From NCBI GenBank assembly GCA_965218795.1, contig OZ244653.1:4096001-4160000 (forward strand): a stretch of 64,000 bases of DNA. Reading direction: 5' to 3'. This document shows, one piece after another, positions 9,938-19,726 of this stretch. The stretch's first letter is position 1, and the number at the start of each line of letters is the position of its first letter. The notes under the pieces are model-generated. The model was given only the letters and a program-made list of their open reading frames with translations, did not search any database and was not told the DNA's origin. The stretch is from a bacterium. Lineage in GTDB: Bacteria; UBA8248; JACPRG01; G963555815. The translations under genes were made by a program, and so were the position numbers.

Positions 9938-11347
9938 TTACGGCTTGAGCGGGAAGCAGCGGACCCGGCCGATATCGTCACAGTCCGCCAGCAGCATGAC
10001 GAGACGGTCCAGCCCCAGGGCCGCGCCGGCAGCGGGGGGCGTGCCCGCGTCCAGGGTCCGTAGGAAATCTTCGTCGAGGGGGGGGCGGTCTCTTGGGTCC
10101 CGGCCCCGCCGAACATCCAGCTCGGTTTCCCACCGCGCGCGCTGCTCTTCCGGATCATTGAGCTCGGTGAATCCGTTAGCGAGTTCCAGCCCGCCGATGT
10201 AGACCTCGAATCGCTCTGCGATCGACGGGTCTTCCGCTTTTCTCTTGGAAAGCAGCGCCATCGGCTCGGGATAGTCATGGAGAAGGGTCGGACGGGAGCG
10301 GCCCAGGCGGGGTTCGATCCGCTCGATCAAAATCTTGAAAAAGAGATCCTCCCAGGTATCGTCCTCTCCAACGAAAATCTCAAGGTCCCCCGCAGTACGG
10401 GCCAATCGGTCGCGATCCGGACATGACCACAGGTCGAATCCGGCGTAACCCCGGAAGGCCTCCCGCACGGTCAGCCGCTCCCATGGGGGACGAAGGTCGA
10501 TGCGGTTTCCTTGATAGTCGATTTCCGGTTGCCCGAGGGCTTCGGACGAAACGGCGCCTATCAGCGCCTCTACCGTATCCATGGCCGATCGGTAGTCCGC
10601 ATAGACTTCATACCACTCGAGCCCCGTGAATTCCGGGTTGTGCAGCGCGGTTCGCTCACCGTTCCGGAAGAACTTGCAAATCTGGAAGATTCGCTCATGA
10701 CCGGCCGCGAGGAGGCGTTTCATGTGGAGCTCCGGCGAGGTCGGAAGGTAAAGCCGGGTCCGATCCCGTTCGCCCAGGTAGTCCGTCGTGAACGAAGCAA
10801 GATGAGGGGCCGGGTCGGGAGCCGCTGAGAGCGCGGGGGTTTCCACCTCGAGGTACCCAAGATCTTCAAAGAAGCTCCGTACGCCTTGCATGACACGGGC
10901 GCGGAGTTTCAGGATGTCATCGCTGGGGATTCCATCCTCCAAGGCAGGCGCGGCCGTCCGGTTGGGAGCGAGAATATGGATGTCGTCCGATCGGAACGCC
11001 TCGTCCAGAATTTTGATGCGGGTCTCGATGATGTCGCCGGGCCGGAGGGCATCCAGGAGGCCCAGGTTGCCCGGCCGGTTTGAATCCCGGCGGGTCTGAA
11101 GCTCAATCTTTCCGGTGTGGTCCGAGAGGGTGACGGACCAAGTCTTTACCTCCCGCTGAATTTGGGAAATCCGGCCGGCGATCCAGACTGCTCCCCTTTC
11201 CGTCATCTCCCTGGATTGCAGGACATCATGGATGGGTGTTCTCGCTCGGCAGCGGCCGGGGTATGGATCCGTCCCCAGATCGCGGAACTGTTGCGCGCGA
11301 TCTCTCGGGGCGGGATGCGGTCGGGTGTTTTTCGCAGCCTCGCTCAT
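9938..11347 (-). CDS. epmA: EF-P lysine aminoacylase EpmA/GenX with an N-terminal LysRS-like OB-fold extension
   Basis: EVETP, YLPTSPELHMKRLLAAG, FRNGE...HNPEFTGLEWY, ELANGFTEL, ALGLDRL. Confidence 0.8.
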   Translation of the reverse strand: MSEAAKNTRPHPAPRDRAQQFRDLGTDPYPGRCRARTPIHDVLQSREMTERGAVWIAGRISQIQREVKTWSVTLSDHTGKIELQTRRDSNRPGNLGLLDALRPGDIIETRIKILDEAFRSDDIHILAPNRTAAPALEDGIPSDDILKLRARVMQGVRSFFEDLGYLEVETPALSAAPDPAPHLASFTTDYLGERDRTRLYLPTSPELHMKRLLAAGHERIFQICKFFRNGERTALHNPEFTGLEWYEVYADYRSAMDTVEALIGAVSSEALGQPEIDYQGNRIDLRPPWERLTVREAFRGYAGFDLWSCPDRDRLARTAGDLEIFVGEDDTWEDLFFKILIERIEPRLGRSRPTLLHDYPEPMALLSKRKAEDPSIAERFEVYIGGLELANGFTELNDPEEQRARWETELDVRRGRDPRDRPPLDEDFLRTLDAGTPPAAGAALGLDRLVMLLADCDDIGRVRCFPLKP

Positions 11348-11350
11348 CGG

Positions 11351-12391
11351 TCAGGCCCCTTCGGCCGGATGATGGGCTTTCACCAGTGCTGCCACGGCGG
11401 CGTTTATCGGGACGGAAAGATCCTGTTCTTTCCCAATCCGAGCCACGTAACCGTTGAGGTAATCGATTTCCGTCGTGCGGCCCGCTGTCAGGTCGCGCAG
11501 CATGGAGTTCAGATTCTCCGCGGTTTGAGACGCCGCCTTCAAGAAAATCTCCTCCGCTTCCGGCGGCTCGATCGGGGTGCCTTGGGAGGCGGCGACCTCA
11601 CAGGCTTCCCGCAGTATTCCCTGCGCGACGGAACGAAGATTTGGGTCGGTCCCCACGATTCCGTTGCGGACCCGGGCGAGAGCGCCTAATGGGTTGATTG
11701 CAAGATTGGCCATGGATTTTTCCCAGACGGAGCGTCTCGGGTCGATGGAAACCTCCGTCGATACCCCGGCTTCCCGAAAAGCCGCCACCGCAATATCAAG
11801 CGGTCCGCTTTCCGGATGATCGCCCGTTCCCTCCTGTTCCCATCCTGCCAGTACGATTTTTCCTTCCCCCGTGGAGCGGATGCTTCCGGGCGACTCGAGA
11901 AGCGCTCCGCCATAGACGAGACCGCGGATCAGCGTCCCCTGTGGAAAACACCCGGATACAGCCTCCTCCATTCCCAGACCGTTGGAGAGTAAGACAGCCG
12001 CGCCCCCTTCGGCAAGGGTCGGCGCCGCATCGGCCGCTGTTTTGGCGTCGGCGGCCTTGGTCGTCAAGAGGATCAAGTCGGCGGGCGGGAGGGAGTCGGC
12101 CGGTCCTGTGAGACGAACGGGCACCGCCCGGTCGGAATCCGGATTCGGCCCGATCAGCCGGAGAATGGGCGAGCCCTCTCGTTCCGGCCAGTTGTCGGGA
12201 AGATTCCCGGCGGGCTTGTTTCTCAGGCCGAGGGTCACGACGTGACCGGCTGCAGCCAGATGAAACCCCAGCAGGGCGCCGACTGCGCCGGCGCCCTGAA
12301 TGAATATTCTCAAGGAATGCTCCGGTCGGTGGGGAGGCGGCCTTCTACTTCGCTTTGGCCGCGACGCGGCGGCGGGTTGGTTTCGCGCCAT
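11351..12391 (-). CDS. panE: 2-dehydropantoate 2-reductase
   Basis: GAGAVG, LTTKA, SNGLG, WEK...N..INP, SMLRDL..GRTTEIDYLNG; start uncertain. Confidence 0.9.
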   Translation of the reverse strand: MARNQPAAASRPKRSRRPPPHRPEHSLRIFIQGAGAVGALLGFHLAAAGHVVTLGLRNKPAGNLPDNWPEREGSPILRLIGPNPDSDRAVPVRLTGPADSLPPADLILLTTKAADAKTAADAAPTLAEGGAAVLLSNGLGMEEAVSGCFPQGTLIRGLVYGGALLESPGSIRSTGEGKIVLAGWEQEGTGDHPESGPLDIAVAAFREAGVSTEVSIDPRRSVWEKSMANLAINPLGALARVRNGIVGTDPNLRSVAQGILREACEVAASQGTPIEPPEAEEIFLKAASQTAENLNSMLRDLTAGRTTEIDYLNGYVARIGKEQDLSVPINAAVAALVKAHHPAEGA

Positions 12392-13307
12392 TGGATCCGC
12401 GTCGGTTGGTCGGCCGGCCGTTCGTGAATTTCAGCTCGGCCTTTGTTCCCTCGACGGCCATCTTTCCGCCGCCGTTCCGGGCTTTTTTGGCTTCGAAAAC
12501 GGCCGCGGCGGCCGTCTTCCGGGTGGCCGACGGCTTGCGCGTGAAGTCGGTGTAGGCATACGCCTGGTGATTGTGGATACTTTCGAAGTTCTCGCACTCG
12601 ACGCTGAACCACGTGAAGTTGGGTTCGGAATGAAGGGCCCCGTACACCTCGCGGACGACGTCTTCGACGAACATGGGGTTGTCATAGGCCCGCTCGGTGA
12701 CGAATTTCTCGTCTGAGCGCTTCAGGAGCGCGTAGATGCGGTTGACGGCTTTTTCCTCGATGATTTCGATGAGGTCCTCGATCCACACGGATTCCTTGAA
12801 TCGGGTCTGGACGGTGATCAGGCCACGTTGGTTGTGCGCGCCGTATTCGCTGATCGCTTTGGAGCAGGGGCAAAGCGTCGTGACGGGGACGGTCACGCCG
12901 AGAACGAAATCACGCTTCCGGCCGGGTCCGGACCCGCCTGAGAACATGCACTCGAAATCCATCATGCTCGAGATACCCGAGACCGGCGCCCGTTTCTCGA
13001 TAAAGTAGGGGAAGGACATCTCCAGATGCGCGGCCTCGGCGTCCAGACGGTCCCGAATGGCCGCAAGAATATCGTGGAATCGCTCTATGCTCACGCCGTT
13101 TCTGAACTTGTTGAGGATCTCGACGAACCGGCTCATGTGGGTCCCCTTGAAGTGATGGGGGACTTCCACGTACATGTTGAACATCGCCGTGGTGTGCTGT
13201 TCTCCCTTGGCCTTGTCGCGCACGGTGATGGGATAGCGGATGTCCTTTACGCCGACCCTCTTGAGCAGTACCTTTCGGTTATCCCGCTGGCTTTGGATAT
13301 CAATCAT
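12345..13307 (-). CDS. folE2: GTP cyclohydrolase IB FolE2, with a basic C-terminal tail
   Basis: KGTHMSRF, TTLCPCSK.IS.YGAHNQR, NPMFVED, ESIHNHQAYA. Confidence 0.95.
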   Translation of the reverse strand: MIDIQSQRDNRKVLLKRVGVKDIRYPITVRDKAKGEQHTTAMFNMYVEVPHHFKGTHMSRFVEILNKFRNGVSIERFHDILAAIRDRLDAEAAHLEMSFPYFIEKRAPVSGISSMMDFECMFSGGSGPGRKRDFVLGVTVPVTTLCPCSKAISEYGAHNQRGLITVQTRFKESVWIEDLIEIIEEKAVNRIYALLKRSDEKFVTERAYDNPMFVEDVVREVYGALHSEPNFTWFSVECENFESIHNHQAYAYTDFTRKPSATRKTAAAAVFEAKKARNGGGKMAVEGTKAELKFTNGRPTNRRGSNGAKPTRRRVAAKAK

Positions 13308-13377
13308 GGTTGCCCCTCCGGCCCCAAAAAACAGAACGGTGTAAGGAAGTTCGGCGGACCTCCACCCCCATAGTGAA

Positions 13378-13406
13378 TTAGACGGTTTTCGGTTCCAAAG
13401 GTTTCA
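13378..13406 (-). promoter_or_regulatory. Putative ECF-sigma promoter upstream of folE2
   Basis: Minus strand TGAAAC-N16-CGTCTAA. Confidence 0.45.
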
Positions 13407-13628
13407 GGAATTCGGTCGATCTGAAAAACTCTTTATTTCTCAATTTATTCCGAGGGTCGTTTCGGCCCGTTCCGTCGATGATTGGGAGTGCAGGTTGTTC
13501 CCGGCGGAATGCACGGTTCATGCGGGATCTAGACCGAAAAATTCATTCCGGATTGGATTTGAAGGTTGTCGAATACCCGGCATCCTTTCTATCTATCAGG
13601 CCCGCCCGTTCAATCGCAAGTCATTATC

Positions 13629-14507
13629 CTATTGATTTCCATCTACGTCACGATAAGCCGTTACCATCCCGACGGTCCGGACCGCGGCCCGCACGTCGTG
13701 TACGCGAAGAATATCCGCGCCGCCCAGAACACCCAAAACGTTCGCCGCGATGGTTCCCTCCAGCCGGTCCAGGGGATCCGAGGCGCCTGTGATCCGGCCG
13801 ATAAAAGCCTTCCGGCTGACGCCGAGACAAATGGGATGGCCCAGGTCCCGCAATTGGGGAAGATTCCGGAGGATCTCCAGATTGTGAGCCGCCGTTTTTC
13901 CGAAGCCGATGCCGGGGTCGATGATGACCTGCTGAATCCCGGCTCCGGAGGCAAGTTCGGCCTGCCGGGCCAGGTAGGCCTTCACCTCTCCGACCACATC
14001 GCCGTATTGCGGCTCGTTCTGCATGATCGCGGGCTCGCCCAGCATGTGCATGATGACGGCGGCGGCGGAGTGCTTTCCGATCATTTCACGAAGCTCCGGG
14101 TCCCGCAGTCCCCGTACATCGTTGATCAGGGGGACGCCGCGGCGGAGTGCTTCCTCGGCAACCCGGGGATTCGAAGTGTCCACCGACAGGATCCCCCGAT
14201 CGTCGTCCAGCAGCGGCTCCAGGACGGGCAGGAGGCGGCGGAGCTCTTCTTCTGTGGGGATGGAGGTTGCGCCCGGGCGGGTGGATTCCGCCCCGACGTC
14301 GATGATGTCCGCGCCCTCGCCGATCATCCGGCGGCCCTGGGCGAGGGCTGACCGCGGGTCTGAGAACCTGCCCCCGTCGGAGAAAGAGTCAGGCGTGACG
14401 TTCAGGACGCCCATGACGATCGGGCGATCGAGGCTGAGACGCTTGCCGCCGAGGCGAAGAACCCGTCCCGACGGTGGATTTGGCTCGGTGTCCGTTCCAG
14501 CGCCCAT
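13629..14507 (-). CDS. folP: Dihydropteroate synthase
   Basis: MGVLNVTPDSFSDGG, GAESTRPG, DPGIGFGK, SRK.F, RVHDV. Confidence 0.97.
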   Translation of the reverse strand: MGAGTDTEPNPPSGRVLRLGGKRLSLDRPIVMGVLNVTPDSFSDGGRFSDPRSALAQGRRMIGEGADIIDVGAESTRPGATSIPTEEELRRLLPVLEPLLDDDRGILSVDTSNPRVAEEALRRGVPLINDVRGLRDPELREMIGKHSAAAVIMHMLGEPAIMQNEPQYGDVVGEVKAYLARQAELASGAGIQQVIIDPGIGFGKTAAHNLEILRNLPQLRDLGHPICLGVSRKAFIGRITGASDPLDRLEGTIAANVLGVLGGADILRVHDVRAAVRTVGMVTAYRDVDGNQ

Positions 14508-14509
14508 GG

Positions 14510-16045
14510 TCAGGATCGAGGGGGTGAAGGCTTCGGAGGCTCCGCGGGAGCGTCCAAAGGGCTGGCCGATGAGCGCGCGGAATGTTCCCCCCGGTCTGGA
14601 AACGACGTGCCTTCACCCAGGATGTCCGGCACTGGGTGCCAACGTCCCCGGACCTCTCCGGCCAGGAACAGGGAACCGGTTACGCAGACCCAATCCTCGG
14701 GGCGGGCTTCCCGGAGAGCCGCCTCGACGGCGTCGTCGGGATCGAGGAAGACACCCCGCACCGGGGCGTAATGCCCTGCAATCTCCCTCAGGCGCGGAAG
14801 CGCGCAGGCGGGACGGGGCGGGTTCGTGGGCCGGGTGACGAACACGCCGTCGCTGCCGGGAAGGAGGGCGTCGCAAAGGGCTTCGGCGTCCTTGTCCCCG
14901 AGGATCCCCAGGATGAAGAGCCGCCTTCCATCCGACTGGAGATCCAGGACGTTTTGCAGCGCCCGGGCCTTGTCCGGGTTGTGCGCTCCGTCGAGGACGA
15001 CCGTTGGCTCTCCAGCGATGACCTCTGCGCGGGCGGGGAGCCGGGTGTTTCGGATTCCGGACCGGATGGCCTCCTCGCTCACGCCCAGAAGCTGGGCTGC
15101 CGCAGCCGCGAGACAGGCGTTCTGTACCTGATGGCTGCCCGCCATGTGGTTCTCCAGGCTCCGGACCGATCGCAGCCCCGTCACCGGGTCGGGCAGGAAA
15201 TCAAAGAGGCTGCCGTTTCCGTCCCATTCCCGCAAAGCGGAAGCCGCCCCCAGGGGCGTATCGTTCAGGGAGATCAGACGGGCCTTCTGCTCCCGGCAGA
15301 CCTCCTGGACGACCTGCTGGGCGCTCGGCACCTGAACCCCCGAAAGAACGAGCCCCCCGGGCTTGACGATGCCGGCCTTTTCGGCGGCGATCTGCTCGAC
15401 CGTGCTGCCGAGAACGTCCGTGTGGTCGAGTCCGATCTTCGTGATGATGGACAGGGCTACGTCCTGAAAAACGTTGGTGGCGTCGTAGGTCCCGCCGAGG
15501 CCGACTTCGAGCACGATGCGCCGGCATCCCGCCGCCCGGAATTGCAGGAGAGCCAGGGCCAGGGTGATTTCGAAGAACGAGGGGATTCCGTAGCGTCCTT
15601 CCAGGTAGGCCTGGTGGAGGTGGGGCTTCAGACCGTCGACGATGCGGACCACGGCCGCGGGATCGATCAGCCGCCCGTTGACCCAGGTGCGCTCGGTCAG
15701 GGACGTCACGTGGGGGGAGAAAAAAGCGCCGACCCCGCGCGGGTCGGATGTCTTCCTGTCATCCTCGTGGAGGATGGAGGCGAGATAGGCGGAAACCGAG
15801 CCTTTCCCGCTGGTGCCGGCGACGTGGATGATTTCCAGGTCGCCGATATTCTTGATCGGGATCTCAAGCGCTTCGAGGAAATCCGCGAACCGCCGCAATC
15901 CCAGGATGAAGGGCTGGCCCTTCTCCGCCGGGAAGTCCCGATGGTCGTAGATGGGCAGCCCGATCAGCGACTCCAGCCATCGTGCGGTGCGATGGTAGTC
16001 ATGAACCGATTGCGTGGGTTCAAGTTGATTGTGAATCATGCTCAT
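14510..16045 (-). CDS. folC: Folylpolyglutamate synthase/dihydrofolate synthase
   Basis: HVAGTSGKGS, FSPH, EVGLGG.YDATN, DHT..LG, EKAGI, LDGAHN, TGSLFLAG. Confidence 0.93.
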   Translation of the reverse strand: MSMIHNQLEPTQSVHDYHRTARWLESLIGLPIYDHRDFPAEKGQPFILGLRRFADFLEALEIPIKNIGDLEIIHVAGTSGKGSVSAYLASILHEDDRKTSDPRGVGAFFSPHVTSLTERTWVNGRLIDPAAVVRIVDGLKPHLHQAYLEGRYGIPSFFEITLALALLQFRAAGCRRIVLEVGLGGTYDATNVFQDVALSIITKIGLDHTDVLGSTVEQIAAEKAGIVKPGGLVLSGVQVPSAQQVVQEVCREQKARLISLNDTPLGAASALREWDGNGSLFDFLPDPVTGLRSVRSLENHMAGSHQVQNACLAAAAAQLLGVSEEAIRSGIRNTRLPARAEVIAGEPTVVLDGAHNPDKARALQNVLDLQSDGRRLFILGILGDKDAEALCDALLPGSDGVFVTRPTNPPRPACALPRLREIAGHYAPVRGVFLDPDDAVEAALREARPEDWVCVTGSLFLAGEVRGRWHPVPDILGEGTSFPDRGEHSARSSASPLDAPAEPPKPSPPRS

Positions 16046-16103
16046 TGAGATGAAGTCCCTTCAGGACCGGTAGGGAGAATGACCCGTTCAGCATGAACCC
16101 CTT

Positions 16104-17087
16104 TTATAACCCGTTCAGCCATTCTTCAACGGCCGCTTTCGTCTTGTCATCCACCAAGATATCCAGATGCTTCACGCCGGGCAATATCCGGACCCGGGCC
16201 GTGGGGTGGCCGGCAAGAACTTTCGGGTACTCGTCGGCGATGAAGACCTCGTCCTCACTACCCACGAAAATCAAGAAGGGTTGCGTGATTTTCCATAAAT
16301 CGCCCTTGTAATTCCGGCGGGGGTGAAGCGAAGTGTTCAGGGCGTAGGAGTAATGCAGGGTTTCCGTGCCGTCGCGCGCGCTCCTTTTCAGGTTGAATTT
16401 GATGACGATCATATTGTTGAAAAACCGGAAGCCGATCCGGTTCAGCATGGTGAGGCCGATGATTCGTCCGATATAAGGCATGGCCCAGCCGCCGGAATTC
16501 GGCCGGGTCGTCGGAGCGCCATGCTGAAGATACGGGGCGAGGAGGAGGTAGGCGTCCGCCAGCTTCCCGTGTTTTCCTCCCCCGAACCGTGCGGCCAAGC
16601 CCCCGCCTGAGGAATGCCCGCCGACGATGATCTTCGCGTCCGGTCTCTTCTTCTTGATCAACCCGATCAGGTCCGCCAGGTCGTCTTCGAGCTGGCCGAT
16701 GTGCCGGACGTTTCCCCGCGGGTAACCGGAGCGAAAGTGACCCCTCAGGTTCGGCGTAACCACCTGAGCCAGATTTTTCGAGGAGATCGATCGGGCCAAG
16801 TCGTGCAGATTCCTTCCGTGATAAGCCGAGCCGTGAATCAGGATGAGCGTCTTCGGCGTTTTCGCCGGATAGTGCCGGTAGGACAATCTGCCGTTATCCC
16901 TGGCGGTGAACTGCTGAAGCGAGGGGATATCCGAGTAGTCGACCGCGAGCAGCGGCCGGAAATCCGTCAGCCCCGGGGAATCCGACCGCTCAGGCTTGCT
17001 TGTGAAAATGAAGAAGAATGCGATGCCGAAATAGACGACCAAAAAGATCGCAATCGCGAGGGCGGCCCAGCGGACGGCCTGGTTCAT
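16104..17087 (-). CDS. Alpha/beta hydrolase with an N-terminal membrane anchor
   Basis: HGS oxyanion motif, GHSSGG nucleophile elbow, C-terminal Asp and His. Confidence 0.85.
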   Translation of the reverse strand: MNQAVRWAALAIAIFLVVYFGIAFFFIFTSKPERSDSPGLTDFRPLLAVDYSDIPSLQQFTARDNGRLSYRHYPAKTPKTLILIHGSAYHGRNLHDLARSISSKNLAQVVTPNLRGHFRSGYPRGNVRHIGQLEDDLADLIGLIKKKRPDAKIIVGGHSSGGGLAARFGGGKHGKLADAYLLLAPYLQHGAPTTRPNSGGWAMPYIGRIIGLTMLNRIGFRFFNNMIVIKFNLKRSARDGTETLHYSYALNTSLHPRRNYKGDLWKITQPFLIFVGSEDEVFIADEYPKVLAGHPTARVRILPGVKHLDILVDDKTKAAVEEWLNGL

Positions 17088-17210
17088 GGAGATTCCTCAG
17101 TTACTCATACTCAAGAAATGGCAGGAAAAATGGTTGCGCCGCGCCTGAACCATTGACCTCTCTCCCATTCCCCCGATGCGCGCCGGGAAATCGCGGCGGC
17201 ACGTTGCCGC

Positions 17211-18827
17211 TTAATGCCGAAAGTGCCGTATGCCGGTCAGGACCATGGCGATCCCGGCCTCGTCGGCCGCCTCGATGACCTCCCTGTCGCGTTTGGACCC
17301 CCCCGGCTGGACCACGGCCTTCACACCGGCCTCCGACGCCGCGTCCACGCCGTCCCGGAAGGGGAAAAAAGCGTCCGACGCCAGAACCGACCCCGTCAGC
17401 TCATCCCCGTGGCCCGTATCCCGCGCCTTCCAAACGGCCAGCCTCACGGCGTCCACCCGGCTCATCTGTCCCGCCCCGACGCCCAGCGTGACCATCAAGC
17501 CATCCGCGCCGTTCACCCGCCCGGCCAGCAGGATGGCGTTCGACTTGACGTGCTTCACCACCCGCCAGGCGAACGCGATCAGTTCGAACTCCTCCACCGA
17601 GGGCTTCCGCTCGGTCGGGACTTCGCATGAGGCCGGATGGAACCGGAAGCGGTCGGCCTGCTGGATCAGCATTCCGCCCGGAACCGATCGAAGATCCAGC
17701 ACCGATTTGCCCTCCGACCCGGAGGCCATCTCAGGCCAGCGAAGCACGCGAAGGTCAGTCTTTTTTTTCAGTGCCTCGAGAGCCTCGGGGGCGTAATCCG
17801 GCGCGGCCAGGACTTCCAGAAACTTTCCGGAGAGGATCTCGGCGCCCTCGGCGTCCAGCGGCCGGTTGAGGGCCACAATCCCCCCGAAGGCCGACATCCT
17901 GTCCGCGTCGAACGCGGAAGCCAGCGCAGCGGGCACGGTCTCCCCGCCCGCGGCCACGCCGCAAGGGTTGTTGTGCTTCACGACCACGGCGGCCGGCTCC
18001 AGAAACTCCAGGGCCATCCCCGCCGCCGCGCTCAGGTCGAGCAGATTGTTGTAGGAAAGCTCCTTGCCCTGAAGCTGCTTCGCGTCAAAAAGGGAGAGGC
18101 CTTCGGTTTCCCCCGCGCGATAGAGCGCGGCCCGCTGATGCGGGTTCTCCCCGTACCGGAGGTCCATGGCCCGGTCGAGATGAAACGGAAGAAGGGCGGG
18201 AAGCCCGGGTTTGCCCTCCTCTTCGGCTTCTTCGGGTTCGGGGGTTTCGCTCCCGGCAACGAGATATTGATGAATGGCCGCGTCGTACCTCGCCGTGTGG
18301 AGGAAGGCCTTTTCCGCGAATCTCCGGCGGGCGTCTTCGGGTACGTCCTCCATCCGCTCCAGATATCTGGCGACATCTTCATAGTCCGACGGGTCGGACA
18401 GGACGACCACCCGCTGGAAATTCTTGGCCGCGGCGCGGAGCAGAGAGACTCCCCCGATGTCGATGTTCTCCAGGGCGTCGGTCAGTGTGACGTCCGGCCG
18501 TGCCGCGGTCTCACGAAAGGGATACAGATTGACGGCGACCAGATCGATGGTGGACAGGTCCGCGCCGGGGGCCTCGGGCTCCTCCGCCCTCCGGTGGAGG
18601 ATGCCGCCGAAGATCAGCGGGTGGAGGGTCTTGACGCGGCCGCCCAGGATCTCTTCCTGCCCGGTGTAATCGGAGACGGCCTCGACCGGCACCCCCGCTT
18701 CCTCCAGCAGGGCCGCCGTTCCTCCCGTGGAGAGGATCTCGACCCCGCGGCCGGACAGGGTACGGGCGAGCTCGACGACGCCCGACTTGTCATAAACACT
18801 GATCAGGGCCCTTTGTGTGGGGCACAT
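17211..18827 (-). CDS. purH: Bifunctional AICAR transformylase/IMP cyclohydrolase
   Basis: ALISVYDK, GRVKTLHP, RYGENPHQ, KHNNPCG, SDAFFPF, QPGGS. Confidence 0.97.
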   Translation of the reverse strand: MCPTQRALISVYDKSGVVELARTLSGRGVEILSTGGTAALLEEAGVPVEAVSDYTGQEEILGGRVKTLHPLIFGGILHRRAEEPEAPGADLSTIDLVAVNLYPFRETAARPDVTLTDALENIDIGGVSLLRAAAKNFQRVVVLSDPSDYEDVARYLERMEDVPEDARRRFAEKAFLHTARYDAAIHQYLVAGSETPEPEEAEEEGKPGLPALLPFHLDRAMDLRYGENPHQRAALYRAGETEGLSLFDAKQLQGKELSYNNLLDLSAAAGMALEFLEPAAVVVKHNNPCGVAAGGETVPAALASAFDADRMSAFGGIVALNRPLDAEGAEILSGKFLEVLAAPDYAPEALEALKKKTDLRVLRWPEMASGSEGKSVLDLRSVPGGMLIQQADRFRFHPASCEVPTERKPSVEEFELIAFAWRVVKHVKSNAILLAGRVNGADGLMVTLGVGAGQMSRVDAVRLAVWKARDTGHGDELTGSVLASDAFFPFRDGVDAASEAGVKAVVQPGGSKRDREVIEAADEAGIAMVLTGIRHFRH

Positions 18828-18896
18828 GAACCAACCTTCGAGTCTGTGGGACGGCGGACGGCCATCGGTCGGACATCCGGCGTCGGATCGCCCGGC

Positions 18897-19682
18897 TCAG
18901 CTTCCGGGAAATTCGGGCGGACGCTTTTCCAGAAAGGCGCGGACGCCCTCCATGAAGTCACCGCTTTGAAACCCATCGATGCGCATCTCCTGGATTTCCC
19001 TCTCCTCCGCCTCGGTGGCGTCCCCGAGGCAGACCTTGACGGCGAGCTTGGCCCCGCGCACCGTCATCGGCGCGTTCCGGGCGATCCGTCCTGCAAGATC
19101 GTAAGTGAAAGCCTGCAGGTCGGAAGCGGGAAGAACATGATTCACCAAACCGATCCGAAGCGCTTCATCGGCATCCACCGGACGGGCCGACATGAGGATC
19201 TCCTTGGTCTTGGCCGATCCGATCAAGTGGAGGAGCCGGCGGGTCCCGGACACGCTGTAGACGACGCCGAGTCTCCCGGCCGGGACCCCCATCTGGACGG
19301 TGTCGGCGGCGATTCTCAGGTCGCACGCCGTCGTCAGGCCACAGCCGCCGCCCATCGCGTATCCGTAGATCATCGCGATGACCGGCTTGGACGTCCGCTC
19401 GATGCTTGCCAGGGCCGCTTCGTACGCGTCGTTCTGCTCTATCGCCCCCTCCGGCGTGGTCATCGTGGCCTCGAACTCGCTGATATCGGCCCCCGCGGCG
19501 AAGGCCTTTTCCCCCGCGCCGCGGATAACGATGACCCGGACCGCCGGGTCGTCATCAAGGGCGCGCATCCGGTCGGGCAGATCCTGCCACATGGAGAGGG
19601 AGAACGCGTTCCGAACCTCCGCCCGGTTGATGACGAGGGTGGCGATCGGTCCGTCTCGCTCGATCAGAAAATAGTCAGTCAT
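18897..19682 (-). CDS. Enoyl-CoA hydratase/isomerase family protein
   Basis: AFAAGADISE, KPVIA, AMGGG, CDLRIA, EGVRAFLEKR. Confidence 0.9.
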   Translation of the reverse strand: MTDYFLIERDGPIATLVINRAEVRNAFSLSMWQDLPDRMRALDDDPAVRVIVIRGAGEKAFAAGADISEFEATMTTPEGAIEQNDAYEAALASIERTSKPVIAMIYGYAMGGGCGLTTACDLRIAADTVQMGVPAGRLGVVYSVSGTRRLLHLIGSAKTKEILMSARPVDADEALRIGLVNHVLPASDLQAFTYDLAGRIARNAPMTVRGAKLAVKVCLGDATEAEEREIQEMRIDGFQSGDFMEGVRAFLEKRPPEFPGS

Positions 19683-19726
19683 GGGATCTTGGGTGGCATT
19701 CCCAGGCCGGGTCCGTTCGTTCCGGG

